The notes beneath the pieces were generated by a model that was given only the letters and a program-made list of their open reading frames with translations, was not told where the DNA came from and ran no database searches. A stretch of DNA of 64,000 bases from Lingula anatina (Eukaryota > Animalia > Brachiopoda), in assembly GCA_051362555.1 (NCBI GenBank), contig CM120642.1:310001-374000 (forward strand). The letters run 5' to 3'. Within the stretch, counting starts at the first letter, position 1; each line of letters begins with the position of its first letter. A program made the position numbers and the translations under genes. Below are positions 25,401 to 40,000 of the stretch, in pieces.

Positions 25401-28400
25401 TTCCCCTTTCATAGGTGAGAACGATAAAATTATCTCCTGACACAGAGCCCAACTCACGCTGGGTGAAGATACCACGGAAGAGACACAGAGGATACTACTC
25501 GTTCGAGGTACCGATTGAGGGAGTTTCTACTCCCTCTGGCAGGTTCACTGGGGCGGTTGGTCGAATCTGATGGGACAAGGCTACGCTCGAGGCTCCGATT
25601 GAGAAAGTTTCTACTTTCTCTGGCAGGTTCACTGGGGCGGTTGATTGTTGGTTAGTTAGGAAGAGTGATACGTTGGCAGGAGTACCAACGACAGGGAAAA
25701 TCTCCGTCAGATTCTCCCGACAGGCTTTGCGTAGCAACGAAGGCCTGAGTTACGTTGGCTGGGGCACCAACGACGAGGGAAATATCTCCCGTGTAGAGTA
25801 GGCAGACCTTAGGCAGGAGGTCGATTAGGACAAGCGATACGTTGGCTGGGGGCACCAACGTTAAGGGGTATCTCAGTCAGATTATCCCGACAGGGTCAGC
25901 GTAGCTACGGGACCCTAGGTTACCGTCGGCAGGAATAATTCCGAAGTGAAGCCAGCCAGTACCAGTACCAGTACGATGTCAACCGATGTCTACACCTCCT
26001 AGGATTATTGACTTTACCTAGTAGCACCCTGGATTATGCATTTATATTAAATTCTTCATCAGTATCATTTAAATTATATCTGGACACATTGAACTTTTTA
26101 TTGCCTCCTTACAAACTTCGTTGGATTTAAATAAAACTGTTTATTGACAAAAAGAACTCTGTTTCTTGGGATTGAACTTTTATTAGCACGCTACCTTTAG
26201 ACTCAAAAACCGCTACAATATCCTTGTAGATCACTGGGCTTGCTGTGATCATGAACTAGAGGAAGACGGCAACTTCTCCTTCAAATCAACTTTTTATTGG
26301 GGGAGGGGGTATGGGCATGCCTCAGAAAATCGTCTTTTTCTTATATTTGAGGTTGAAATCCATAGCTGTTATCAGGAAGTTGTTGCAGTCTGGTTAGTTT
26401 AAAAACAATGTTCAAAGAGATTTCAAACAGATTTTAATTAAAGTAACCAACACAATGCCATGTTATATTTCTTCCAATTAACCATTGCAAGTTTACGAGT
26501 GCAAACTTCATGCAAGGATGGGCATAATACAAAGTACTGACCCAACATGTAGTAATTGGATTGTACATAATCAGTCTGATCCTCTGTGCAAGTTCATAGG
26601 ACACTTTGATACCAAAGTATTTTTCCAAATATTTATGAGACATTTCACATTTATTAGTTGAAAAATTTCTCAATTTTATTGAATTATGATTGTGGAATCT
26701 GCTTCAGAAACATATCAATACACTTATTATCACTGACTGAACGTGTTAAGACTTGTGTTAAATAAATAAATATGACATTTTATTGTGATCTGTTCTAATG
26801 AAATTTTAAAAAAGAAATTCAAAATGTGTAAATAATCCAACATGGACTGACAGTAGAAATAACTCTCGGGTGGACATACAATGTGATCTCCCCCACCAAA
26901 AAAATAGGGCCAATATAGTGTTTTTTCCTTATTTTTCTCTTTCAGGGTAGACTCTATACAATTCAACTTAGTGCAATATTGGAACAATATTCTCCCCAAC
27001 ATGTTTAAAATTAAGTTCACACAAAAGCTGAACAAAGTTACACCACTAAGTTACGCCCCAAACGTGAAACCCACAGCAACCTTCTACTACATGCATACAA
27101 CAATAAAGGTGTGAAGTGGACGGAAATACCATGTCCTCTTCTCAGAATCTCCATTAGAGTCAACCATGCTGATTTTTTTACATTGCGAGACCTGGGGAGA
27201 AAGTCACGTGACCCCCTTTTCCTTGCTTTGATTAGTTTCAAGGGTAGAACGTCTGGGTCATTCAATTTGATATTTAGATAAAATACAAGCACTATTAAGT
27301 TAAAAAGGTGAAGGTCACACAGCTGCAACAGAATTTAGTGGACAGTGACAAAATCTTGGAATTTACATACTTTGACTTATCAAAGGTAATCAGAATTTGT
27401 ACAGCATATTTTTAAGTCAATCGGGCTCATCCTGGATCGTTATTGGATTTGGATTTGGTTTTGCTGGAAAGGGAACTTGGTGCAAAAAAAATTGGTGTCT
27501 GAGACTGACACATCAGTGACGCTTACATTTGCATTCATAGACAACTATTTCACTTTGCAGCGCTCTCGTCATAACTGTAACTAACTGCAATTATGAAGTG
27601 CGACGGTACGCCGGAGGGTGATTGCCCTGATAGGCGTCATGGCAAAGAAGTTTCCCTGTGTCAGGGTGACCTTATGTTGTGTAAGGACTGTGAGCGCAAA
27701 AGATTCTCAAATACCAAATTCACTGCTGCAGATTGTCTTTCAGACTTAAATGGAGTTGAGAAAGGGCAATTAGTGGATATATTTTTAGCTTCACTGGATA
27801 GAATCTATCTTAGCTCGCAGGACGAAATAACAAACTTTCTTGTCAGGAATTCAAATGGACATACTGACAGCCCTGCATCATAACTTATGTGAAGTGAGCC
27901 AAACACGTTTCCTCATTTAAAAGACCGCAAACCGGTTAATCGACAATCCAAAAACACCATTATCCCTGATATTTTTCATCTCGGATATAGCATCTGTAAC
28001 AAAAGGGAAACGAAAGACCTTGATAAAGTATTCCGCCCCAAAGACCAGGCAAATAACATAGCTCGTCACAGCGCGTCTGAGAATGACATTGCCAATTTAG
28101 CCGAATTAATTGGCCTAATTAGTACGATCAGATCTGAGTATGATGCAGATATTAAAAATCTGAAAAAGCTGTCCCAAAAGCTCAGTGAGGAAAATGCAGC
28201 TCTTCGCGTCGAGGTTGACGCCCTCAAGTGTAGACTGGACGCTTCAGGATTAATTCCACAGGAACACTGCGACAACAAGTCCCAGAACGATAATCTCGTA
28301 AGCGTAACATACTCAGAACACAACAGAGAAGAAAATACTGATGATGATCGCGAGGATGATTCAGCGGAGGATTGCGACGACCCCGATAATGTGTTGGCTG

Positions 28401-31400
28401 ATTTTAGTTTTCATCATCAATATCAAGGTTTGATTGAAAAAATTTCTACACATGCTGATGCAAATATCCCAGGGGGTAACCAAGATTCCAGCAATCTCAA
28501 AGTTGTAGGTGATGAACAGACTCCCCACATCAAACCCGTCACCTCTGCCGATGCAAGCACAGCCCGTGCGCACAAGGCTGCTATAAAACCAGTGGTCGGT
28601 GTTCAATCCTCGAGTAACAATGTAGATATTTTTGTTGGTAATGTGTCCCCTGAAAACGATGTTGATGATATGGTAGCCCATGTCTCAAGCATGGGGATAG
28701 ACGGGGTTTCCTGCAGACTGCTGTCTGAGAAGTACGGTAAAAAATCTTTCGTCATTAAGATACCAGCAGTGTATAAAAAGCTTGTTTTGAACACCGACAA
28801 CTGGAATGATAATATAAAAATCCAGCCCTTTCGTAACAAAAATGCAACGAAAACCCCCACCCACACACGAAGGGATAACCGTAAGCACCCAAACGTCAGG
28901 CCCGGGAGGCATGGGGGTGACTACCGCGTCTCACGAAGCCACTACTCCAACGGGCAACATAATTCAACCGACACCTACCACCGCTATTATAGAGAGGACA
29001 GCAGGAGACGGTCCGACGAGCGGGAGACGACGCACCGATACTACGGCAACGGAAGGGATTACGACAAATATAATTAGAGATCACATAGGTACGAATCTCA
29101 CGGAAGGCAGCAATCCTCACGATATGAGAGAAACTATTTCTATTAAAAGTAATGTTGGGTCACAAAATTTACAACAGATATTGTCGAGAGTTTTAACTGT
29201 AAGGGCCTGAAGAGCTCAGTTGATTACTTACAAGATAGGTTAAAATATTGTGACATACTATGCCTATCTGAAACTTGGCTAAGGCCACATGAAATCGCTA
29301 TCCTCCCCGAGATTTTACACATAAATCCAGGTACATTTAAAACTTATGGGAAAAGTGCAATGGTAGAGCTAGACTTTCCTTACTCTGGCCGACCCTTTGG
29401 TGGCGTATCTATAATCGCGAGACAGATGTCGAACGCTACGATAAGTGAGTTGGTAGTTGATAGTAACAGAATCTGTGCTATTGGAGTTTTTGATTCCACC
29501 GGCAATATAGTTCTTGTAGTGGCATCAGTCTATATGCCATACTTTGAACGCGGTAATGGGTCTAGAACAGAGGAGTATATAGATACTATCGCCTGCCTTC
29601 ATTCTCTAATAGAAAAATATGCATCATTTGCGCCCACTGTGCTCTGTGGCGACTTTAATGCCCAGTTGCCCTCAGATAAGGTCATGTGCCCGCGGTGGTA
29701 CAAGGACAAACGCTTTAATGACCACAGTCGTATATTACATGACTTCATCCAGGAAAATTGTCTCACACCTGCGGACTTGTTTTTCACCCAGGCGGTTAAT
29801 TACACATACTTTTGTACCCCGAGAGATGTTTACTCATGGATAGACCACATTCTAGTATCAGCGTCAGGCATGGAAGACGTGACCTCATGTAAAATTATAG
29901 GCCCTGATCAGGGGAATTTATCTGACCACTTACCCCTCCGTCTGTGTATTAACATGATAACTAATGGATTCACAACCCCCGAGACCGGTGCGTTCCAACA
30001 CCATACCCTCAACTGGAACAATGGCTCTAATAATGCAGCATATTGTAAGATAGTAAATGAAAAACTAGTAAAGTTGCCGGTAAAGTTGCAGGCGTTTGAA
30101 TCGCTACAGCCTGATGAAATAGAAAACGAGATCAACGGTGCACTGACCGGCCTAAGCAACATTTTCTATGAAGCAGCTAGAGAGGCTGGATGCTCAGTAC
30201 AAAATAAATCTTCATTCAAGCATTGGTGGTGCCCACACCTGAGTCAATGGCGAGAAAAGAAAAAGCTCTGGTGGCATATCTGGACGTCAAATGGCCGCCC
30301 TCGGAAAGGCATAATTTATGACTGCTATAAAAACGCTAAACGTTTGTTCAGAAACTTCTGTCGTTCGTATTCCCAAAACACAATTAATTCTGAAATTAAT
30401 GAAATGAATAATCTATTTTATACCAGGAATAAAAATAGGATGTGGAAAAAGCTTAGGAGAAGGAACTCTGTAAAGCCAAACTTAACTGCTACTCAATTTG
30501 CCAAATTTTATAAAGGGATTATGACGGACAGTGAGGACCTGACCTCGGAGCAAGCTCATATTTCCTCAGCTGTTGAGACGCGCTACAAATCGTTACTTGG
30601 TTCTCAAACTAAAATAACAGTCACTACTCAACAAGTTATGGAAAGCATAAGTCGCCTGAAAAGAAATTGTTCTCCAGGCATCGATGGTGTAACTGCCGAA
30701 CATATTGCCTTTGCTAAAAGCGACGTGTTATGCGATCTTTTCGCTTGTATTTTCACTGCTATTCTTCGTTACAATATCGTCCCAGTCACCTTTGCGGAGG
30801 GGGTGTTAATCCTCATACTCAAAAAGCCTGGTCTAAACCCAAACCATCCGGAGAACTACCGGCCAATCACTATCAGCACTACATACTCGAAACTTATCGA
30901 GTCCATAATCCTCCCCAGTGTGGCCTATACCACTGCTGGCACTGAGTTTGGGTTTAAGGAAAGAAGAGGAACGGATGTCGCTTGCAGCTTCTTAAATGAT
31001 ATTATGTGCACTGTGAAAGACGGTGACTCGTCTTTGTATATGTGCAGCCTCGACGCCGAAAAATGCTTCGATATGAACTGGCACAACGGGCTATTCTATA
31101 AACTGTTTGATGTCCTCCCCGATTCACATTGGTTATATCTTTATAAATTGTATAAATTGTATAAATTGTATAAGTGTTTAAGTGCTTCAGTAAGGTGGGG
31201 AGGCTCATATAGTGCTAATTTTAAAATTACCCGGGGAACAAGGCAGGGTAGTATTTTATCCCCGATCCTTTTTAACATTTTTATTGACGAGCTGCTTAAG
31301 GAATTATCCTCTACAAAAGCTGGTGTTTTAATGTTTTAACTTATACAATAATATTACCTATGCTGATGACTTAACAATTTTTTCTACAACTGTGACTGGA

Positions 31401-34400
31401 CTTCAAGAGCTGATTAATATCTGTTATGACTTCTCCCTGCGCTGGAGAATGAAATTTAGTCTCAAAAAATCAAAATGTATGACGGTAGGAAAAGTATTAT
31501 TAAAAACACCCCCTTCGTGGTTCTTAGGTCGATATCCTATGGAAACGACGGACTCTTTAAATATTCTGGGTATGACCTTTATTAGCAACTGCACGGCGGA
31601 TGACCACACGGCTGCTAGAATTTGTTCTGCAACCAAGGCGTATTATGGAGCAATGTCGCATGGGGTGTGCTATAAGGGTCTGGACACAAAACCCAAATCG
31701 TATATATGGGGTGCACTGGTGTCCCCCGTTATAACCTATGGAACTAACTCCATCTGTATGTCTCGTAAAAATATAAAAGACCTGGACCGGCTTTCACGAA
31801 ACGTTTCGCAGTTTGCGCAATTGCGCAAAGTCCCTTTTTGCGAACAGACCCTTTCACGAACGTTTCGCAATGTAATTTTGCGCAAAATAATGCGCTATTT
31901 GCGCAAGATATTTGGTACAGGTCGGACCCTGTCGCTTAGACTTTTCGCAAGCGTACTTTGGCGTTCGCGTAGCTTTTCTTGTCGTTCTAAACGAAAATAG
32001 GCGAATTTACATGTACCCGGTGTACCTAATTACTGTCTACAACCGACCACTACCGTCCACAAGGACTAATATTACCGTCCACACAACAGTCCACAAGCTA
32101 TAAATACCGTCCACAAGCGTTGAAAGAAGTGTAAAATCAGATAATAGTTAGAAATGTAACGATGGTGCTTTATTGGAAAAAAAAAACGTAATGAACGCGG
32201 GTCTGTAGACGTTTTCAAGACGGTGAACCAGACTCGATTGTCTCATTTATTGCATTGAAAACCACGTAAAACGATGTTTACTATTGTATACTAGTCTTCC
32301 AAAATGAAAAAAAGGAAAAAGAATGTTCATAAGTATACAGAAAACATCAATATAGCCAGGTTGCCTTTAGATTCAACAAGCCTTCAACGGTACAGTCGAG
32401 CGTGCGGAGAACGGACTCTGCACTGAATGCGGTTATTTCAATAAATAAAGTTTATATAACTATCAGTCATTTTTGTCTATAAAAATCCATGGTTTTACCC
32501 TACTCCGTTTTTAGAATAATTGAATGAAGGACGGCCATAAGCATACAGAAAAATCAGATGTAAAAATGATAAAACAATTGTTTATTGACAATTCACGCCC
32601 GACTATGCATACCAATAGCATTAGTCGGTGTTACTTTTCTGTCAAAACTTGGTTAATTTTCTAATATGAGAAAACTTTGGGACGGGAGTAAATACCTTGT
32701 TGAAATGTTGTTTATTAGCCAAAATATAACCAGAAATTTCGTAAGATGTTTTATTTAATAACTCTAGCATCACTTATGTTATTTATAGATCCAAATGTAG
32801 TGTTGGAATTTGATTAAATACAGTAGCAGTGCTCTTATATGGCAGTGTTATCTTGATGAAAGAAAGATATTAGTAATAACAATATCAGTATTTAAATGAA
32901 AAGATGGGGACAGGTGTTCATAAGATCAAAGATAATGGGTTATTTATAATGTTTGCAACCCAAGTGTCCGAATAAAAGCAAGTGCAAGTGTATCCATCAC
33001 TCTAACCATGTCTGGAAAGCAAGGTGGGCCGATTATTCTCCTCTATGGAGACTCTCATATCAGGCGGTTGCGGGACGGCCATTGGCGAGCCCCAGGTGAA
33101 TTTGGGGTGCATTCCCATAGATTTTAGATCGATCTATCCCCGTGGGGAGTCTCACTAGATTACTGTCAGATAATCCGGCTTAAATGTCCGTCCCGCCTAC
33201 TACAAGCTGTAAGGGGGTAAATAACTTTTGTGCCCGCTCGGCTGACAGCTATTTAGCGTGAACCCCCAGGGGGTTAGGTCGATTTAGTTGGATCGATCTA
33301 ATCTCTGGGAACGTCAACCATCACTAATTTTTATGTTTAATAAGACTCCTTTACTTTTTATGTATTTTTGAAATATTTTTTATATATTTTATGTTGGTTT
33401 CTATACAGAGTATGTCGGTATCAAAACGATAAGACTCGACAAGCAAAATGATGAAACGACTTTGTAAAAAATACTTTTCTCTCAAATGTTGAAAGGGACG
33501 TTCTCAAAATAATGTTAGCACCTCCCCCCCAAAAAAAGATCTTATCAAAATGATACTTTCATCATTTTTGTAGGCCTACAAACGGCGTTCTATACATCCA
33601 GAGCACGAGCATTTGTTGTCATATTTCTTGCCTCCGCGGCCCGAAGAGCAGTGTTTCGAGATTACAATATTTACTCCCGGGCACGACATCGTGCGCTAAC
33701 AGCGGAAAAAATTGCGAAAGGTTTCGAGAAAGCTACGCTAAAAAAATTAGCGCAATTGCGCAAACCATAGCGAATGCGCAAACTGCGAAACGTTTCGTGA
33801 AAGCCGGCCCTGGGGCCAATTCCATAAAAGCATTCTAACTTAGCATGATACTAGGCCTTAGAATGATTCTAAATCTCTAGTTGTATACTTGTTAGCAATC
33901 AACTAATTTCTATTCCATAAAACCAAACTAAGAATCATTCTAACTAGTTGCTTGCTAAGATTTGGCTAGAATGGTGTATTCATAGGAAAACCACAAAACC
34001 ACAGGGTCAGTTACGCCAAACAAAAGGCAGTGACAGTGAAAGTTGAGCTGATTGCAGCAGGCTGAGGGAAGTACTGGTCAAGGCATTACCATGTATTCTA
34101 TAAAAGCCCTATACAGAAAGGGGACAAAATGGCAACTTCAGGGAAGAGACAACAAAAGCCCAATTATTCAACACAAGAAAATCTCTTTATTGTGTTATTT
34201 ATTTATTATCTATTTTGTGGTCACAGATAACTTGCACATTGATTGAATGATATCCTTTTCTGTTCACATAGTCAGCTTCGTAACAGTGAGGGGTGTTAAT
34301 CCAAATGTGAGTTCCATCAACACAACCTATCACACCTGGGAAGTGTATGTTTCTCCTATAGAACCCATCTTTGATGTTGGCCATATTTTGTGCATTTGGA

Positions 34401-37006
34401 AATTCCACATAATCCCCAATCCTTGCTGCAAGAGCATTTGATACATGATGAATTGCACGCCAAGCGGTTTGCTGGGACACTTGCAAAGGGTCCCCAACAA
34501 CATATTGGAATGTGCCTGTTGCATAGTATTGCAGGGCTATCATTACCTGCTGGCATGGTTATTAAGGCATGATTTCTCCTGGTTGGATGAGTAATGTCAT
34601 TTTTGACAATGTCAGTTATCAGCAAAATGCCTTCTCTGGAAAATCGGTATCTTTTTACAAGTTCCACGTCATCAAAAATGTCCAACGGATTCCTTCTATC
34701 CCGAAACACTCGTTCCCGCAGCATTGCTCTGCGGAGTTCCACTATTTCTAAAATTCTCCTGGCCATCCTTACACCTCGGAGGTGTGGGTAGAAATGAATT
34801 AGAATGATACTAGTGATTTAGAAGAGACCCAGACCTACTCTAACTTTAGCATGAAACTTAGAACTATACTAGGCTTAGAATGGTTTTATGGAATAGAGTT
34901 AGTAGGTAACTAGAGATAGAATGAAGTTTAGCAACCAACTAGGGCTTAGAATGGTTTTATGGAATTGGCCCCTGGATACATTACAAAACAAACAGGTCAC
35001 AAGATTCATGGGTTTATCTTCGCGATCTCATACCTCTGCTCTCCTAGAAGCCTTACATGTCCCGAAAATTAGTTACACTATATCTAGAAATGTGGAATCA
35101 CTATACCGCAGGGTAATGAGCATTGACACACCGTATCTTACACTTTTAACTCATCAGCTGTCTTATTTTATGCTTAATCGTTCTATAGTGCAGGGGTCGT
35201 TGCTCCAGAGGATTGTTTCTTACGGTACGAACCCGATCTTATGTCTGAGTGGGTCGGGAATCCGGAATGCTGGCCCGGACCTGCATGCACCGGCAGGACT
35301 GGTTGATACGCTGAGATTTTTGGTAAACAGCCCCAGCTATCAGAACAGACTCTCAAAAGAATATGTGTTGGCGGGACTGCTCTTAAAATCGTTTTAATTA
35401 CTGTTTTTATTGTATTATTTTACACATTTTTTACTCATCTTTTAAGGTGGTTTTAGTAATAAATAAATAAATAATTATATTTACGTTGGTGCATTTTTTC
35501 GTGGTGCGAATTTTTTATTGGCATTCTTTAACTGTTACCCTTCGTGCACAGTTAAGGATGTCTGGCCCCATATTCTTTTAAGGCAATGAAACGAAAATAG
35601 TTATAGCCTAGTCAACATGAAGAATATAATAATATTGGTGACAGAAACAATCACTCATTCAAAAAATACCACTTATGAAGCATTCAGATAACTTCACATT
35701 TTTCGTCAATATAGCTTGACCTTAGGTTTAAAAACATTTTCAAACTTTTATTATCCAAGATAAATTATTAAGGCATGTAATGAGCATTATACCTTCGTAA
35801 ACCAATATTCTAATCGCCCTATTCAGGATATGAGATTTCGACAATTTCGGTTTATTACCATATATTTCAAAATAGTTCCATGTTTAATGTTTCTAGACAA
35901 ATAGATTGTAATAAAAAGGATGGATGAATTTTACACGTCGTGGTCAAAATAGAAAATTCTTAAAACTTAAAAAAAAACAAGCTGACTGATTTCAATTTCC
36001 GAATTTTGTATGGCAATGAAGGTAAAAGAGCTAAATTTGCTAGGAACATTTCGCTTTTTTGCTACAGAAAGGTCCAATGCACATCCTTTGCCTTTAAAAC
36101 AAACCTGCATCCCCTGGATGTAAACCTGTTGATTAGCATTCTGTAGATCTTTCAGTTTCATATTGAGATTTGCCTTGTCCTCTTCATGACGTGAATGCAG
36201 CTAAAATTGACATAGTTGAGAGATTAAATGCACTAAGAATTTGGAACATTCCATCAGCGTAAGGCAAATATTACAGATATTACAACTTATCTAAATACAA
36301 GATCCCATGGCTTCCCATGAGTTTCTGTTTCATCTTTTTTTTCCAGAGGTAGCTAATGACTCACTCTTTTACAAACTTCCATGCTGTGCTAGAAATTATC
36401 ATGACTAGCAACCAGAGCTTGCCTCCATGTTTGCACGAAAACCTGTTTGAAAATGATTATTCTTGCATATGCAAAGTAAATTGCGAGATAACATCGCTAT
36501 TCGAATACGTTGAGATATCTTTGTCACAGACATTTTATCATTCATATATTTCAACTCCGCACATAACATTTAAAAGTCATTATTTTATTGGTAATTTTAC
36601 TTTACAAAATGACATAATAGGATCGTAGAGATTTCCTTAAGCACTAACCTTTTTGATAGCCTCTTCATAATTGTTTTCCGTGTCCTTGGATGCTTTTGTA
36701 TCCTCTGTCTTTTGCCTCGCAGCTTCCTCACGATTGTTTTGCCGATGGCGCTGCCTTTTCTCATCCTCCATTTTAAAGGCATCCAGTTTTCTCTTAGCTT
36801 CAGCCACATCCGTTTGAAATCCTTTGATTGTCTATAAAATAAATGGACTGGTGAAAGTTACTGATAACAAATCAACAAATGTCAAATGTACAAAAATAAG
36901 CTGAAATTTATTATATATCAAAATGTTTTTTTTTAATTTTATGCAATTTAAAACAATATTCACACAGCCAAATTAACACCGAATTTTCACCATAGTAACA
37001 CGAATT

Positions 37007-37046
<40 letters not shown>

Positions 37047-40000
37047 TGATGATGTTTATTTGCTATTATAACAGTTGGATTGTACAATAACAATTGGTTA
37101 AATCGACTAGAGAATATGACTGAAAGTGATAAAATGTTAAGATAAATCAAAAATTAGGTACTAGGATATTTTAAGATATATTGATATTTATATTAATTCA
37201 AAAGACACTAAAAGTCATCTTTTTTTTTTTTTTATTTCAGGTGGCCATGGTATGAATGTCTTTTATGATTTAATTGTTCTCACTTTAGGTACGGTACATT
37301 TTTCAAGTCAACGCAGTCTATTGTAATTATGAAAACGATAGGTCAAATATTTTCAAGTATGGTGTTTTCTCTGACAGTACATTATGGTTGAGGCGATGTG
37401 TCTGTACATGATGAAGTAGTTCTCAAAATGGTGTAACCTTAATTATAAACATCATAATTTGCATTGTAGACCTGAACGTAGAAGTTTCATAAAATTTTCT
37501 TATCATCATAAAGCCTCGTCTCATCAATATCACACAAATTTAAAAAACATAGCACTCTAAGTGTTAATCGCTTCTACACATACTGCCCAATGTCTATAAC
37601 ATTTCAAATTTAACAAGTAAATACCTTGCACATTTGAAAGAATCCAGGCATATCAGATGAATCCCACCTCTCTTGTAGCACGTCCAACTTCCTGGGCCCT
37701 ATAGCCTGCTGCTGGTAAGCCTTCTTAAGTTTTTCTAGGTCTTCTTCCAAGGTTTTCTCTGTGTAGTCATCTGGTATTGGGCTCAGGCGTTTTTTTAATT
37801 CATCCAGGAGTTTCTTGAACACTTTCTCACAGTAACGACGAGACCTTTCACGATTCTCCTCGAGGTATTGATGCAGTTCCCCACCGACGACAGTGCTATT
37901 CTCTTGATCTTGGTTTTCCCTCTTTACTGCGGGAGAAATACGGTCATTAGCATAAACGGGACATTTGGGAGAGCTGACCAACAAACGGATAGCTTTGAAG
38001 TGTGCTCCCATGCCTTACCATACCTGCACTTTGCTTGTTCCCAAATGCCAATTAACAACTTATTCACCTAATATAGACCAAAATATACCAACATATCAAA
38101 TACAAATATTAAGCATTAACATTCGCCATTCCAGTTGCAACATGTATATCTAAACCTATTATTATTGGGGTGAGAGTTCTACGTTAATTGTGTATAAATG
38201 AAAATACATTTTGAATAAAATACGGTACCAAGATTAAATAATTGATTTCAAAGAAACATCATTTTTGCCGAATTGATTAAAAAGTCAAAAAGTTTGGGCC
38301 ATCTGTTAAAACGTCCATTTTACCGGATGTACTGCATTTTACCCAAAGTGCCACAAAAGAGAAGCCGCAATGTATACTAAACACATGTTTCAAACATCCT
38401 TTTTCCTCCCTTTTTAATGTTAAAACTTTGCTAGCATCACTTGAGATTCAAATAGACGACGGCATAATGTGGAACATAAAGGCTTCATATAAGACAAAGA
38501 TCAATGTGTGAATTGGAAGGAACCTTCCTATTTTATTCAACCTGCAGTGACCTACGTGCATGCTAGGTTCTGAGGAATATACCTATGACCTTTTTACCAA
38601 TATGCTTACTGAAACACCGAAGTACTAAATGCTCCAAGTTTCCAATCAAGTGTAACGCCAGGTTTCCTCATGGGGAATCTAAGACGCGTCGGTTCCCCAG
38701 TTTCCGCTCTCCTTTGGGAAAACAAAATCTGATCACCAAGCATAAACAGATTTTTCATCTATGGGCAATGAACTGAAGGAACTGTAACATTAGGTACTCA
38801 AGATGCATAATTTGGACACGTGGATCTTGTCCCTGTATCTACCATGCCGATTTGAGCTGGTGAAACCTATGAAACATATTGCATCCTTCCAAGGCAGATA
38901 GATCGTGGAGTATTCATAATGTTAAGAGGTGGCTACACACATGACCACAGTTTGTCCTTGGTTGTTATTCCATGACCTTTAACAGTTTTAAATGCACTGT
39001 AATTTCACTACATATTCAGGTGCACATCTAATATAGCAACTCGTTTTCATAGTCGAAAAGTGCATGCCCCACAAATGCAGGATTATAGAGAACTACAAAA
39101 CTGCCAACAACATGGTAAGTTTTGTATGGCCAGCAGCTTCTACAAGCCTAAATGCAAAAGATAACTATCAGGACAGCATCCAGAGTTGTAGAAACATGTT
39201 ATAGTAAGTGAGCTTGTCAGGAATGATGGATGGACAGCAAAAATGTAAAACACAGGAGATGTAATGAAAATTTAACATAGGCCTGTTTTTTTTTTTTTTG
39301 GAAATTTGTGATCCAAAAATTTCATGTAAGAAAAAAATGCAATTCACTTAATTATTCCTTCATTAGATAGGTGCTTTATATTGAAAAAAAGGTTCATAAT
39401 TTTACACATATCATGTGAAGGATAATTACCACATACTTTGAAATCTGTATGTAATCCTGTTTTACCTCTGAAGTGAAGTTTTAAAGGTCCACATCATCTA
39501 AATAAGCCCAACTGAATATTAATAGTTAAATCAAAAGTAATGTTCCATGCCAACATCATAGTAATATACATGCCTGTCGTTTCCGATATGAAGATCAAAA
39601 ATTATGGTTTCCAGAAGTTGGAGACTTAACTTAGAAATGTAGATACTGAGCATCAACGAATAAATCGTTTAACTGGTCATTCTGTGGACTTGGGTTTTCT
39701 TTGCGTGACCTTATGTAAATCTGACTGGAACCGTCAAATCTTTACATTGCGTTATCCACTAAGTTAGTCAAAATTGTAATATCCTATTTCACACTCACGC
39801 TTGAATTAAGCGTACTAAAATTATTTAAGTTTAGGAAATTCATTTTATATGTATGTTAAGGTTCACTACACGTACATGCCATCAAGAAATGACAAGTGTT
39901 GGATGTCATCTTTAAAATCTATATCACTGCCAAATAAAAATATACTTCATTAAAAAAGATATTTCAACTATCAATAAAGTACACATGGTACCATTGGTTT

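Larger units (their letters stand above)
29150..35397 (+). pseudogene. LINE ORF2 endonuclease/reverse transcriptase, frameshifted and interrupted
   Basis: 659-aa open segment 29360-31339, frameshift just before YADD, insertion 31785-34971, C-terminal part 34975-35397. Confidence 0.88.
27420..35474 (+). mobile_element. Near full-length two-ORF LINE (APE plus RT; Proto2/RTEX-like, clade tentative), interrupted by two Harbinger elements
   Basis: ORF1 with Cys cluster and RRM-like IFVGNV; ORF2 with LSETWL, GDFNA, SDHLP, LDAEKCFD, QGSILSP, YADD; resumes in frame after 34974; (TAAA)n tail. The 5' end is approximate. Confidence 0.88.

Noticed and set aside
31785-32000. Apparent C-terminus of ORF 31392-32000 and N-terminus of ORF 34921-35397
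   Set aside because: Read-through into Harbinger TIRs; the real LINE frame joins 31784 to 34975
37667-37926. Shorter exon 9 using the GAG/GTGGGA donor
   Set aside because: Its phase does not match the phase-0 start of exon 10, whereas the donor after 37625 does
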